From assembly GCA_030704615.1 (NCBI GenBank), contig CM060731.1:33790001-33854000 (forward strand): a stretch of DNA of 64,000 nucleotides, given 5' to 3'. How positions within the stretch are numbered: position 1 is the stretch's first letter; each line of letters begins with the position of its first letter. The DNA is from Takakia lepidozioides (lineage: Eukaryota; Plantae; Bryophyta). Shown here one piece after another: positions 51,401 to 64,000 of this stretch. The position numbers and the translations under genes are program-made. The notes under the pieces were generated by a model, which ran no database searches, had not been told where the DNA came from, and saw only the letters and a program-made list of their open reading frames with translations.

Positions 51401-54302
51401 TTCACTCCAACTCATCAGACGCTGGGACGGAAATGCCTTGAAATGTGAACACGTGGAGCAACGGAATTGCGGCACATGTCTGCACTCTATCTGACTGAAG
51501 TGGCATGAGGCGGCGCGGCCTGACCGTTGGATAATGATGTTTGTTTTTCGGACGGCAGGCGTACCCTGAACAATTCGAATTTCGTAATGGCGCAAAGTCC
51601 ACGAGGAGACACTTTCGTCCAACCCTTTCGAACCCAAGTGGTGCATCACCGCCGTTTCATCTTCTTTTGTCGTGTCTCCTCAATCACCCCTCTCGCGCCC
51701 TTTCCATCTGCACTCTTCGCCCCTTTTCCCTGTCTCTGTTCTTCTTATGCTCGAACCTGAGAGGGAGGGAGTGCGTGCACCAGAGAAGAGACATCGTCGC
51801 AAGCTCCAAAAATTGTACTTCGGACGTAGGCCAATGCCGAAGGGGAGGAAGCAGATGCGTCTACAGGAGGAGATTGCCATCTCGCAGCATCAGCCACGCA
51901 GGCAACCCAGCCACCAGTGAGAGCTCCGTGCTATCGGGATTCGCCAGCTGATCGAGCACCGAAACCCGCCTCATTTTTCTTCTGCAATTCTTAGAATGTA
52001 TGCTAGGAGACTTGACTGCAGAAGATGTTTGCATGCCTAACCGGAAAGGTGGACGTGCTGGAGGGATCGCAGGAATCCGAAGAGCCGCAGGCAGAGTCCG
52101 TGGAGCTAGCTGCAGCACGCACACCCAGCCGATCCACGAGCACGGGTCTTCCTGCCGGTCCTAGCCCTGTGCGTTTCAAGGACGCGGCTTCCATGGGCAA
52201 GTCTTTGCAGTTCAAAGCCCTAGAGAGCGACTCGCCTTCAAAGGTCATGGAGAATCGCCAGCAGGGGTCTAGCCCTTCTCCAGCAAAGACGAAGAAGAAG
52301 CAGCCCGTCCTTCAACTTGTTTCTGAACCGGACTAGGCCGTTTCCCCCCCCACCCAGGCGAATGAAGCAGATTCAATTGCAGCAGACACCTTCACCTGCA
52401 AGAATGAGGAAGCACAAGGCAATCAGGGGGAGGGCAGAGCAGTCTCCCGCAAATCCGATTCCACGAGTTGAAGCTGTCAAGTTAAATAAGCATAGTGTGA
52501 AAACAACTAGAATAAAGCTAGTTATTTGTATTTAACACTTGGATTTAGGTCAAGTGTTAAATCAGGTGTCAAGTTTAGTCTGACACCTGAACGGCCTTAT
52601 CTTCACGAGAGCGGCAGTCGCGTGGCTCATCTCTCTCGAGTTGAGCCTGCGCGACCGAGCTCCTTCATCGTTTAGGACTGAGTGTGCTCATGATGGGAGT
52701 GTAGGTTATTGTGGGGTGGAGTCCCCACAGCTTGGGGTGCCCCTGGCTCGACTTCCGTTTTAACGAGTGATAGCGATGGATTTCATGTTGTTTCTAGTGT
52801 GAACAGTGTGTCTCTTAGCTTGTTCTATCACTCGAGAGAGATCAGCTTGCATCTATGAGTGCCAGAGTTTGCATGTGATCGAAGGCCTTCCTATGTCTGA
52901 GGCACCAGTGGTAGCAAGTCCTTCGTTGGTCTCGGATGTGCCTACAGTTACAAGTGCTCGGGCTACTTCATCAAGTTTGGATTATGTTGACCTTCTTAGG
53001 GCTGAAGAGGCCTTCACCGAACGAGCATTGTACTTTGCACGCAACTCGCCCCGCTCGGGCGATACTGGCCAGAGGAGATTGATGATGTAAATTCGCAAAT
53101 TGAGCAGTCCATTGCCTTTGAGGACGAACGCCTTAAGCTTGATTGTAAGGATATTGAGTAGTATGATAAGTTTGAGGAGTGGTTCTTTACGCGTATATCA
53201 AGGGTCTCCACTTCCGGAAGGCAGAGGCTCTCTTGTTGGATAAGTGATCCGGCGGCATTAGTTCGTGAGGTTCACAGTGTCATCGACGACGAGCTTGCCT
53301 TACGCAGGCAATGACAACTATCCATTACAGATCTTAAACGCCGCTTCTTACGTTTTGATGGCATTGAACTGAGACAGCTTGGCCTTTGTGAAACCCTGTC
53401 CATTCAATCCCTGGCTACTACGTTGGTTCATTGTGACTTCATTGATCCTTGACAACTAGCCTTGTTAGCCAGTGGGGTGGGCTCTGTTCTTCTGAGGTTG
53501 CTTTGATTTATTGGTTTTGTTGTGTACACCCCATCAGCTTGGGATTTGCTTGACGGACTCTCTGGTCCAAGTGAAAGAGCATTCCAGGGAGACATTGGCA
53601 TCTTGCCCCACGAGTGGTTTCCTTTTAGGCTTGTCTAGAAGCTTCGTGTTTTTGATTCCCTGGATTACTGGCCTGATAGCACTGTTTTAACCCGCACCTG
53701 GAAAGGGGAGTGATTTGGAGGTCCAAATCGAACGTGGTGTGTTGAGTTCTGGTTCAAGAATCAGCAGGGGTAGAAGCTGGAATGTCAAGAGTTACCTGAA
53801 CGTTGGAAGAGGCCATGACTGGTATTGGGCTGTGGCTCTTCTTCTGAGAAGGGGCTGCTGGGGAAGCCAACTTCATAGCTGAGCGCACATTCTGACTGGG
53901 TGCTTGGGGCACCAAACCAGGTTTTGTAAGTACAAGACTGGAGGAGATTACCGAACCAAGGGCTAGCAAAATTGAGGCAGCGGCTGGGAAGGGCTGAGCA
54001 GGTAGATATTGTCCTCCATCTACCTCATTCCCTTCGCAGACATCCACCGTCAACTTCACAGCAGGCTCCTCCAACACAGCAGGTGGGGACGAAGCGAGCG
54101 CCGGTGCCGACCCCAATGCGCGCTGCACATTGTGATCCATGATGAGCTCCAGGTCTTGCATAGCACCATAGGTTGATCTCCCCATTCTTACGGTCCTCTC
54201 TCAAGCTTTCACAGGCCAAGCAAGGCCCCCTTGTGAGAACACAGACAAGCACTGGCTGTAGGGGATGCTAACTTAATCCTCCGTCTTCCAGACCTCCCTT
54301 CC

Positions 54303-55030
54303 CTCTCTCTATCCTTCCAGTGTACTGTTTTGACCCAAGAGACTACGGGAAGTCATTGTCAGGGTTCGATAAGAGAGGCCCTTACCGCACCAAATTTCTG
54401 TTGGAGTGTGTTGCGAACTTGCGGGAAAATCTGAGACATAGGGGTTCAGATTTGATCATCAGAATTGGAAAACCAGAGGAAGTGATTGTGAAATTGGTCC
54501 AGTCTGTTGGGGCAGATGCCTTGTATGCACACCAGGAAGTCACTTTTGAAGAGCTTCAGGCGGAGGGGAAAGTATCAGCTGCATTGAAAGACCAAGGCGT
54601 GGAGGCCAAGTACTTCTGGGGTAGCACACTGTTCCACATTGATGGTCTACCCTTCAAGCTGGATGAGATGCCATCCAATTATGGTGGGTTCCGCGAGAAG
54701 GTAAAAAGTGTTTGTGTGCGGGACACCGTTGATGCACCGCAGCATCTGAAGGGCTTGCCAGTCCGTGGTGGTGTGAAGCCTGGTGACATTCCTTCCCTTC
54801 TGGAGTTTGGGTTGAGCCCTCTAGCAACGATGCGACAGGACAATCGGGCAGCAGGGGGAGCATTGCTGGTCGGAGGGGAGGATGAAGCCATGAAGCGGCT
54901 CCAAAGGTTTGCATTGGAAGCTCCAGGGCAAGCACCTGGCAAAACCAAAGTTATCAGCAGTTCAAAGCCAACAATAATCGGAAATCCAGGGAATCTGTTA
55001 GAACTACATGGACGTGTTGGGAACTCGTAG
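54303..55030 (+). pseudogene. PHR2: Captured PHR2-like fragment (copy 2, longer 5' end)
   Basis: SILPVYCFDPRDYGKSLSGFDKRGPYRTKFLLEC...GGEDEAMKRL. Confidence 0.88.
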
Positions 55031-56621
55031 ATGACTTGGGAGCAGTTTTTTTAATGGCGAGAACGTTTTGGTGTTTAAAAAAAAAAAAAAAAAAAAAACC
55101 TTTGATCTAATTTAAATGATTTAGAGCCTAATTGGTCATATCTTTGTCAAATGGACTATGTTTGACTCAGTGTTTGGGGGGATAGCTGCAGAAAGGGGAA
55201 ATCTACCTATCTAAATCTGGTTTCTGTTTTTGGGACTCTGCTAAAAATCTATGGAATTTTTAGAGTGTGAGTGTGCCATGAAAGATCCACAATCCTGTTT
55301 CTAGAACTTGTGCTGGTCTATATTAGAGACAAATCTGTGGATGTACTCCTTGTATGGCTGGGGGAAATGAGGACGTCGTTGAAGGGCAGGTCTCTTCTCT
55401 TAGCCTGTGCACCAAAGGGGACAAGATTTATGTTTCCCAAGGAACTCAGACTGATTTGAGTGGAGAACAGTTGGACGAGTTGATTGCATACTGGGAGTCA
55501 GGCATTAGCAGTAGACAACAGACTGCTGTAGTTGGCATTGAGGGCCTCAATATCGCCTTGGATAGTCAGAACTCTGTTGGAGCCAGCAGTTCTGCAGTTG
55601 TAGGTGAAATACCAAAGTGGGTGAAATGTAGGCTTGGAACACAGCCAAAGACAGCCCCGGGGACCAAGGTGTTCAGCCACAAGGCCGTGGTGTACTGGAG
55701 CAGAGGAGCAGGAGCTACACAAGTTTGTGCAATCAGACACGGTTGCAGCCGGATACGCTCTGCACAGGGCAACCACGAGCGGGGGTTCATCAGCAATGAC
55801 ATGTTTGTTGTGCGTGAAGGAGATGCAGTCATTCGCAATGAGGACACCCGCAACCGTCTCAAAGCTTTCGAGTTGAGCGACTATCAGACCCTACCTTTGT
55901 TTTCTTTAGTGTTCAGTGAGCGGGAGATAGGGGAGTATTGCTTTGTCTCTACCTGGTAGAAAGAGGAGGAGGGTTGGTTAGAGCGAGCTACTGTAGCTTG
56001 GGACAAGGTTAGTGGCAGGTTTCTGGACATAGATATACCTCCTACACCTTACCATCAAGCAGAGCGAGGCACTTCGAGAGAAGTCTGGAAGTTGATAGCA
56101 TAGATCAGGATTAGATCTTGCTTGGGCGGGCTTCTATTCTTCCCCTCCATCTCTGTACTATTTTCATTACCTTGTACTCGTAGTTGCCAAAGCCTCTCTT
56201 GGTGGAGGCCAGTCAGTCCGGGGTTTTGGGCTGGGATATTCTGCAGGATCAGCGTTGCTGCTGGATTTTGGTGTGGGGGTGTTGATGCTTTGATTTCTTG
56301 TGTTTGGATCCCCCCCAACACCTGCATGCTTGACTGTGCGCCATGTTGGTTTGTGTGGGCGCTTGCTTTCATAGGGATTAGGCCGGATTTGATCACCGGT
56401 CAATCCTAGAGTATGCTGTCGGTGGTGAGGCTGGAGTGATGACCAGCAAGACCACTAGTGTTTCTTCTATGGTGAGGCTGGGTTGATGACCAGCCAACCA
56501 TAGGAGTTCTTGCGGTGGATGCAGGTGCAGGTGCCCTGAGCCATTGGGATATGACCCTTAAACTGCAACAGGTGCCCACCCGTGTCACTATTAGATTAGT
56601 ACTATAGCCTTATAGTGTCAC

Positions 56622-59600
56622 GTGGAGGAGGTGCACATTGTGAGTGTCATTACGGAGTTACCCAAGGGTTTTGAGGGGAGTACGGCTACAGGCAGTAACA
56701 GTGAGAGTGGGTTCACAAGACGAGGTATTCGGTTCAGACCACCTTCACCGCCACCCTCAATTACTGTAGAGTCAGACACAGACTCGGAGGCTTCATCAAC
56801 AGGTGTGCACTTTCATTCGCCATTGTTGTGGGACGACATGGAGGAGATGTATGGAGCTACCAAGGGGCCTCGTAGGTACTCTGGAGCTGTGGGCACAATC
56901 GAGTTGGATGACTTTATCCAGGAGTTCGACAGCTGGTGTGATTTGCAGCAGATGCGCAATCCACAGCTATTCACCCCATTCATGGCGTGGAAGGGACTGT
57001 TCCAGCATTTGGAAGGCCCGCCTATGGACGATTACCACGAGTTCAGGCGAGGACATGAAGCAGAGATTGAGGAGTGGAGGATGTATTGGTCACCTGACTA
57101 TGTCTCCATTACTCGAGGCACGACGCGACCAGTAGCTGCATCAGTACCAATAGCTTCCACTGCCAGCACTAGTAGTGGAGCAAGTAGTGTTGGTACTTCT
57201 GTAGGTGGTACCAGTTCAAAAGGTGCTACTATTCCTCCTGCCACGACTACAACACATGTGCCTAGATTCAACCCGGTGGTGGAGTTCTTCCAGGAGTTGC
57301 GGAGGAACTAGAGAAGCTGCGAAGTTTGCAAGACTTCCAGCGCAAACCCAGTGAGAGCCTGCGAGAGGCGTACACTCGTATGAGGCGCTTGATAAGTGTG
57401 ACCCAAGGGGTTACTGAAGCTCAGGCAATCCAGTTTTGGTATGGAATTTTGGACAAGGAGCTCAAGAGAAGGGTGCGAGATGCAACCCTGTTACAAGCAA
57501 CCCAACCCACATTAGCAGATGTGTTTCTGCTGGCTGAGCGGATTGAGCTCAACATGGTGGAGGAGCGAGTTGTTACAATTGGATTTGGCAAAGACATGCC
57601 TGCACGGGGCACAGCTGTCAGCCCACAGGCACAAGGGACTGCCCAACAGCGTGGTCAGGGGGGCAAGGTTGCCCAGCCCAAGTTCCATGGAGCTTACAAA
57701 GGACCTCAGGTGCAGAGGCCCGTGGCATCTTTTGCAGGCCAACAACAACCAGGGGTGATATGTTGGACATGTGGGGGACCCCATGTCAAGAGAGATTGCC
57801 CAGAGAGTGGCAAAAGGCCGGCACAAGCACAGCCTTTACAGTTGCAGTGTGGGCATTGCGGCAAGTATGGGCATGGAGATGCCCAGTGTTATGACTTGCA
57901 TCCTGAGTTGTGCCCAGGCCAGTTCCAAGGGAATAATGGTGGCCGGGGGCGAGGTGGACCAGCCCAAAGAGGACAAGGTGGTCGGGCACGAGGTGCAGGC
58001 CAAGGGCAAGCTCCACATGGCCAAGGACGCGGAGGTTAGGGTGTTGACCAAGGCATGGCCAATCGGCTTCAGCAGCTAGAGCAGAGGCTCGCTGCCATGG
58101 CTATAGCTCAGGCGGTACCGGCTCCCAGGCGGGATGGTCCACCTCCTGCTCCTGAGGGAGGAGATATGGGAGGCATGGGATTCATGTGCGGAGCAGCACT
58201 ACCACTAGAGCAGGTGGAGTCTGCTGCAGCCGTGACTCGAGGAGCAGCACGAGATCCTGAGCCACGAGGTGCAGAGGTGGAGTTGGATCCACAACATGGG
58301 GAGGCAAGCCGTTAGGCAAGGCTGCCTTAGTCATTCACCTTGGCGGAGACAGTGTCAACGCCATCCATGGCACCTAGTTCTCGCCCGACTGTTACCGAGG
58401 CGGAGGGTACTATGCCATTGGGGAGAGCTACACGTGCAGCACTGACACCTGCTACCAAGGCTAGTGCAGTCGGTGTGTTATTGGGGGCAGCCACCTCTGT
58501 GTGTCAAGCCCCACTGTTCTCGGCAACCATGATTGCGACGCCGGGGGTAAGACCAGCTGCAGTGTTCAGACTAGCAGCAACACTCTGTGAGAGTGGGGAG
58601 GTCACTTCATCTTCTGCGGAGTTAGTGGAAGGTGTAGTGGCAGAGGGATCCTCGGATTTGAGGGTCAAGACTGCCACGGCTGCGCCCTGGCAAGCTGCAG
58701 CTGCCAGGTTGACGGAGCTGTCAGCTAGGCTAGCCTTTGAGCGCACCATGGTGACACCTGGAGTTGTCTTGTTAGACAACCAGGATGGCATTTTCTCTTT
58801 GAGTGGACCGGCAGGCAAGAAGTACCGGCCACTGTGGGTCTTGTTGGACTCGGGAGCTCAGCCACTGATGTTGGGCAGAGCTGCTATTGCAGGTTTGGGC
58901 CTTATCGAGGCGGATATGGAGCCTTGTCCTTTCCAGATACAGACATCTCTGGGAGGATCAGAGCAGGCTCGGGGCATGACACGGCATCAGTTGGCCATTA
59001 GACTGCAGCCGGATCATCCTATCGATGGCTCAGTAATGCGAGCCAAGGCCATTGTGACAGACGCGGTCTCTTACGATGTCCTCGTTGGTGGGGCAGTGTT
59101 ATACCCCATGGGCTTCACCCTGGACTTTTGGGAGGAGTCAGCATTCTACAGGCCTGGATGGCAGTCAGGGGATGGTCGTCGTGCACAGCTCCCTGTGACA
59201 TTCATTGGGGGTATTGCGGCTGCCCAGCGGGGCAACATGCCAACACTAGCCGCCTTTACAGCTGCAGTTAGTTGGCCTAGAGAGTTGCCGGAAGGCAATG
59301 CCCATGCAGAAGATGTGCCACCTCCAGCAGAGCAGGATGACATGCATGATATGGCGGAGTTGCCTGCCTTGGTTGCTCACACTCCATTGTGGGGTACAAG
59401 CAAGGATTTGGCAGCAGGTTGTTGATCGACGGGTGCAACAAGCCTGGGTAGAGGCTTTTGTACCGTCAGGAGAGGAGGAGAGTGCGGGTATTGCACCAGG
59501 ACCACCTCAGTTGTCACCATTGGATACCACACATATTGTGTGGCAGTATCCAAAAGAAGGCATTTGCCTTCTGGACTTGTTTGGCGGGATCAGCACCGGA

Positions 59601-61981
59601 TTGGCTGCTGTGCTACAGGCAGGTGTGCAAGTAAGGCGTTACCTGTATGTGGAGAGGGATGAGACTGCACGACGCGTCTCACTGCGCCATGTTGCTCAGT
59701 TGGTACAGCAGTACCCTGCTTTGTTGCCAGTGTCTGCAGTTCGTGGATACCAACAAGCCTTGCCAGCAGACATTTCGTTGTTGGGGGCGCCGGATTTGGA
59801 GCAGGTTGGCTCCATTGATCTGGTAGTGGCAGGTTGGCCCTGCCAAGGGCATTCATCAGCCGGGCATGGCAATGGATTGCGAGACTCGAGGACGGGTCTG
59901 TTTTGGGAGATGGTGCGGGTTTTGCGCCACTTGCAGCTTCATCAAGCTGTATCTCTAGCATACATCTTGGAGAATGGATGGTGATTCTCGGGCCAGGGTG
60001 ATGGCCAGTGTGCATCAAGTCCGGTCGTGGCTTGGATCAGCAGCGTTGCTGGATGCAGCTGCAGTGGGGTCACGGGCTCATCGTCCACGGCTTTGGTGGA
60101 CTAACTTGATGCCACCCGCACTGCTCAAGCGTGCATTTGATGGGGTGCAGCGGTCAGCACACCTCACCGTGGATGGCATTTTGGACACAGGGAGGCAGTC
60201 TCAACGTGTGAGACACGATGACCGTTCGCCTTTGGCAGTGGTCAACAGGGTGGGTCAACCACGAGCAGCATTACCTACACTGCTCAGCTTCCCAGGATCC
60301 CATGCTTTTCGGGATGGTGGACCTAGCCTCCTGTGGGATGCTCAATTGCAGCAGTTAGTGGAGCCTAATGCCGACGAGCGAGAGCGGGCTATGGGGTTTT
60401 CCACTGGGACCACGGCGGTGCCTTCTCTTTCTGAGGCATCACGTCGTCAGGTGTTGGGGCAAGCAATGGATCTCAATTGCTTGACCTGGATTGTCAGCTT
60501 GGCTATGGCTGAGCAACGTAGAGTGCGGAGTGCACTTCCCTTGACGGTCTCTCTGCCTACCGAGACGGTACAGGCAGCGAGTGGGGGCGAGCCGGTGAGG
60601 ACCACGGGGTGTAGACATCCATGGCACACGTGGGAGGTGCTCGAGGTTCAGAGGGAGTTGGCAGCCAAAGCAGCTGTGATGGATGAGGTTGGGGATTCTT
60701 CTCGGGATGAGGAGGTTCTCAATGATGAGATGATGGGGCAGGATGAGGCCTTGTCATTGACTGAGCAGGAAGGAAGTACTACTCAAGAGGTTGCAGCATA
60801 GCAACCACGGGACGCGTCCTCTACCCCTAAGCCCACTGGACTTAAGGTTGCAGTTACGGAGGACAATTAGGAGCCTGACATTGGACCCATTATCACCGGA
60901 GGAGAGAGACGACGTATACGGCAGTTCCTGAGGGCTTACAGGAATTGCTTTGCCTTCAGTTTGAAGGACTTGGGAGCACTGAAGGGTCAAGAGATCCGTA
61001 TTGAGTTGGCCACTGACACGCCAATCTTTCGGAGACCCTATAGATACAGTGACATGGAGAGGTCTTTGATTCAGATGAGGACTCAAGATCTCTGGGAGGC
61101 AGGTTTGGTGGAGCTCTCTGGTGGAGAGTATGCTTCAGCCACAGTGATGCCAGCCAAGAAGGATGTCTATGGCAATTGGACCGAGAGACGTATGTGCGGT
61201 GATTACCAGCTTGTAAATCGTCAGACCAAGTCCGATAGGTATGCCATGCCGACACCAGAGGAGATCTTTGATGCCATTGGGCATTCCAAGGTCTTTAGCA
61301 CGTTGGATTTACGATCCGGATATCACCAGTTGCCGATCAAGGAGGCGGATAAGCAAAAGACGGCATTCTGGGGGATCAATGAGAACGGGAAGGATTGCCT
61401 ATACCAGTGGCGGTTCTTACCATTTGGGCTTAAAAACGCTCCCGCTGAGTTTCAAAGAGTCATGGACAGGATTCTAGCAGGGGTGGAGTTTGCTCGGTGC
61501 TACATAGATGACATCATCATCTTTAGTGCTACGGTGGAGGAGCATGAGAGACACCTTCAGGGGGTATTTGAGCGCTTGAGGACGCACGGATTGAAGTTAC
61601 ATCCAGGCAAGTGCAAGTTTTTCCACAACCAGATTGAGTATCTGGGTCACATGATATATCCTAGAGGATTGGGGGTACAGCAGACTAAGGTAGAGTCCAT
61701 TGCACAGGTTCCACGCCCCACGGATGTGAGCCGAGTTCGAGCTTTCATGGGGTTAGCAAACTATTATAGACGGTTTGTTAAGGGATTTAGTGCCATTGCA
61801 AAGGCTCTAACCAAGCTGACCAAGGTGGACCAGGAGTGGCAGTGGGAAGATGAGCAAGAACAAGCTTTTCAAGAGCTCAAGGCGAGGTTGACCTCGGCGC
61901 CCATCTTGAGACGACTATCAGGGGGCGTCCTTTTCAGCTGCATACAGATTGGAGCATGCTGGGGCTTGGAGCGGTGCTCAC
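56622..61981 (+). pseudogene. gag-PR-DNMT-RT of copy 2
   Basis: Same motifs as copy 1, with premature stops and frameshifts. Confidence 0.88.
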
Positions 61982-62977
61982 TGTCGCGCGGCTTTTACTC
62001 ACCCATCCCTTCGCTACCCGAGGCGGAAACTCCAAGATAGAAGAGTTGGAAATCTCTAAGTACTCAGCCCGCTCAGAACAATCAGTCATGACCTACAGCT
62101 AGTGTATCATGGGGGTGTTTCCTATTTGTTTTCCTTTCCGCATTCATGTTAGCTAGCTACCTTACTATTGATAATTGAGTATCAGTTTGCTCATCAACTC
62201 ATCCATTCATTCCACAGCTTCACTCAGATCTCTCTACACAGTGTGATTGTATCGTATAAGTATCAGATTATGATTTATCAGGTATCAGGCCGAAGCCATT
62301 GCGTCTCTAATCTCCTCTACAATATCACTACAGCTTTGCATATAACAAGCATCTACTAATCATCTCTCCTCCTTCACCGTGCTCTCCATGCTTGCTCTTC
62401 CGCCCGATCCCCTCCGATCCATGACCAAGAAGTTCTCCCCCCTCGAGTGCTTCCAAGAATCGTCCCCATGAATCGTCTCCGAAAAATAATAATAATCCCC
62501 TTCTCAATCCTTGCTTCTCCCTTTATCTTCCTTCCCGTGGCTCTAACCGTTTCCCTCACTAACCGTCGTCCATGAACTAACATGTTCCATTTGCAGGTGT
62601 TGTTCCCCATAGTCGTTCCTTGTCCTGCTCTCCGTTCCCTATGGTCGTGACAGCTGTGTCAAGCTGTGACTGGCTGTGTGAAATTGTGACGGGTTGTGAC
62701 TGGCTGTGCGACTGTGTTTGGCTGTGACGGCTGTGACGGGCTGTGTTGGCTGTGTCGGCTGTGACGACTGTGTCGGCTGTGACGACTGTGTCGGCTGTGA
62801 CGACTGTGACGGGCTGTGTTGGCTGTGTCGGCTGTGACGACTGTGACGGGCTGTGTCGCCCCCTCTACAGTACGCTGCTGTCACCCCTAAGGTTCCTATT
62901 GGTCTCAGTCTGTGCAAAAATTAAGGGTACCCTACAGATCTCGTATAAGTGTCTAAGTCCCAGACTGTCCTCTAACA
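61982..62977 (-). mobile_element. 3' LTR (~996 bp) of a third, reverse-oriented LTR element nested in copy 2
   Basis: Copy-2 homology stops at 61981. On the minus strand a PPT GAGGGGAAGGGG (62992-62981) precedes TGTTAG at 62977, and the segment ends GACA at 61982. Confidence 0.7.
62648..62856. repeat. 9-bp-period minisatellite (CTGTGACGG/CTGTGTCGG/CTGTGACGA) within the LTR
   Basis: Visible directly. Confidence 0.9.
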
Positions 62978-63015
62978 TTACCCCTTCCCCTCTTAAAAAG
63001 CCGTGTCCTCACGGT

Positions 63016-64000
63016 TTACTGATTGCGATTAGCAAACCTTTGCGAGTGAGCACCTTTTTGTCGTTGAGAGTTTCTTGGCGGACTGTGTGTACGAGCCCGA
63101 GGTCTGTCACTGGTTGACGGAGATGTTTGAACACTACCTGGATAAGTGAGGCCCTCTGGAGTCTGATATCGAGGTAATCTTTCAGGCATAGGAGACCCCC
63201 GTCGCTTCTTCTCTGCCATCTGAATTGCATAGTCTTCTCCCATGTCAAAAGAATCCGCTGAAGAAACAGTTGTATCAGAATCCTCATCGCCTCTCAGGTG
63301 TTTTAATTGTCGAACTTTCTGTAGAATCCTCTGGGGCATACAATGTTGTCCTACCATGTCTGGAAGTTTATATTTTAAAACTTGGTATAAACGCTGAACT
63401 GCAAAATTGGTGAAGACACTGAGCTCCTTGTCTGTCCAGGTGAGTGGGATACCAATGACTGGTGACTTGTTCAAGTATTTCCATGCCACATGTGCCTTAT
63501 AGAAAATATCATCAATGCCGAATTTCTGTGTTGACAAATTGTTGCAGGCTGCCTGAAACCATGAACAAATTTGAGAATCCTTTTGCATCATAACTTTTGC
63601 CTCATATAGGTACATATGAGGTGACACTGAAGGTAAGACCCAATGATCCCCACTGGAATAACTCTGAAAGCGCGCTTGCATCTTTTGCTGCTCAATGTGA
63701 TAACGTACCAGAAAACAAGCAGCGTAGTATAATCCACATCCCATGACAATACTCGCTACCTCCTTGATCTTGGTATAAATGAATCCATGTACAACTTGGA
63801 AGGCAATTAATTCCCTCAACATTGTACCTGCCTCATGCCAGTATTGTGCAAAGTGATGATCTTCAATTGGTCGATTGTTCGGAAGAACTTGAGTCCTAGT
63901 TGCCACTGGCAGCCAAATGCGCATGATTTGGTAGTAATGTGCAAATGACTGTGGGGGACTGAATTCTTTCCAAGCCAAATCCAACATGATTGGAATTTGG
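63016..64000 (-). CDS. Extra 3' ORF of the third LTR element, unknown function (at least 323 aa)
   Basis: Long ORF ending ~25 bp before the PPT, with a basic Ser/Arg-rich C-terminus and no RT/IN motifs. Confidence 0.55.
   Translation of the reverse strand, partial: QIPIMLDLAWKEFSPPQSFAHYYQIMRIWLPVATRTQVLPNNRPIEDHHFAQYWHEAGTMLRELIAFQVVHGFIYTKIKEVASIVMGCGLYYAACFLVRYHIEQQKMQARFQSYSSGDHWVLPSVSPHMYLYEAKVMMQKDSQICSWFQAACNNLSTQKFGIDDIFYKAHVAWKYLNKSPVIGIPLTWTDKELSVFTNFAVQRLYQVLKYKLPDMVGQHCMPQRILQKVRQLKHLRGDEDSDTTVSSADSFDMGEDYAIQMAEKKRRGSPMPERLPRYQTPEGLTYPGSVQTSPSTSDRPRARTHSPPRNSQRQKGAHSQRFANRNQ

Larger units (their letters stand above)
52475..61981 (+). mobile_element. DNMT-gypsy retrotransposon copy 2, degenerate, interrupted in RNase H
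   Basis: Begins at the same TGTCAAG with repeat A (52475-52830). Near-identical to copy 1 from 54390 onward. Several stops and indels (57308, 58037, 58313, 59410, deletion in the ENV motif at ~59975, 60868). Confidence 0.92.
45754..64000. mobile_element. Mutator-like element MULE-2 (left TIR only; right end not in the window), carrying nested retrotransposons
   Basis: Same TIR start GGAGGTTTACTATTTCATGAGC and CATGAGC repeats as MULE-1; contains a MULE transposase. Confidence 0.7.

Noticed and set aside
52475-61981. Copy 2 as a segmental duplication or assembly duplicate of copy 1
   Set aside because: Flanks, cargo and repeat A differ, and it carries private mutations

Overview
Eukaryotic DNA from a plant, probably a non-seed land plant (inferred from gene content and GT-AG introns). 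The first ~10 kb holds three decayed host genes: NUDX14-like, TAA1/TAR-like and BTB-BACK. The rest is a nested transposon stack. (1) A CACTA/EnSpm-type region has a TnpD transposase (+) and a TnpA-like gene (-). Next to it, and probably part of it, is a spliced ParB-like + beta-class N6A/N4C DNA methyltransferase gene. (2) Two Mutator-like elements (MULEs) share a TIR but carry different CpG-palindrome arrays; MULE-1 is 18939-38353 with a 9-bp TSD. (3) Each MULE contains a copy of an unusual Ty3/gypsy retrotransposon. It encodes Gag-PR-DNMT3-like C5 methyltransferase, then a TAG-CAA-CCA readthrough-type stop, then RT-RNaseH-integrase-PHD finger. Its termini are split/permuted (A...B-A-B) with a palindromic GACA-GC-TGTC junction, its PBS is complementary to the LTR instead of a tRNA, and its 5' cargo is captured host gene fragments. 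(4) A third LTR element in reverse orientation interrupts the second gypsy copy. Exon boundaries and family calls come from motif recognition by eye; no database searches were run.
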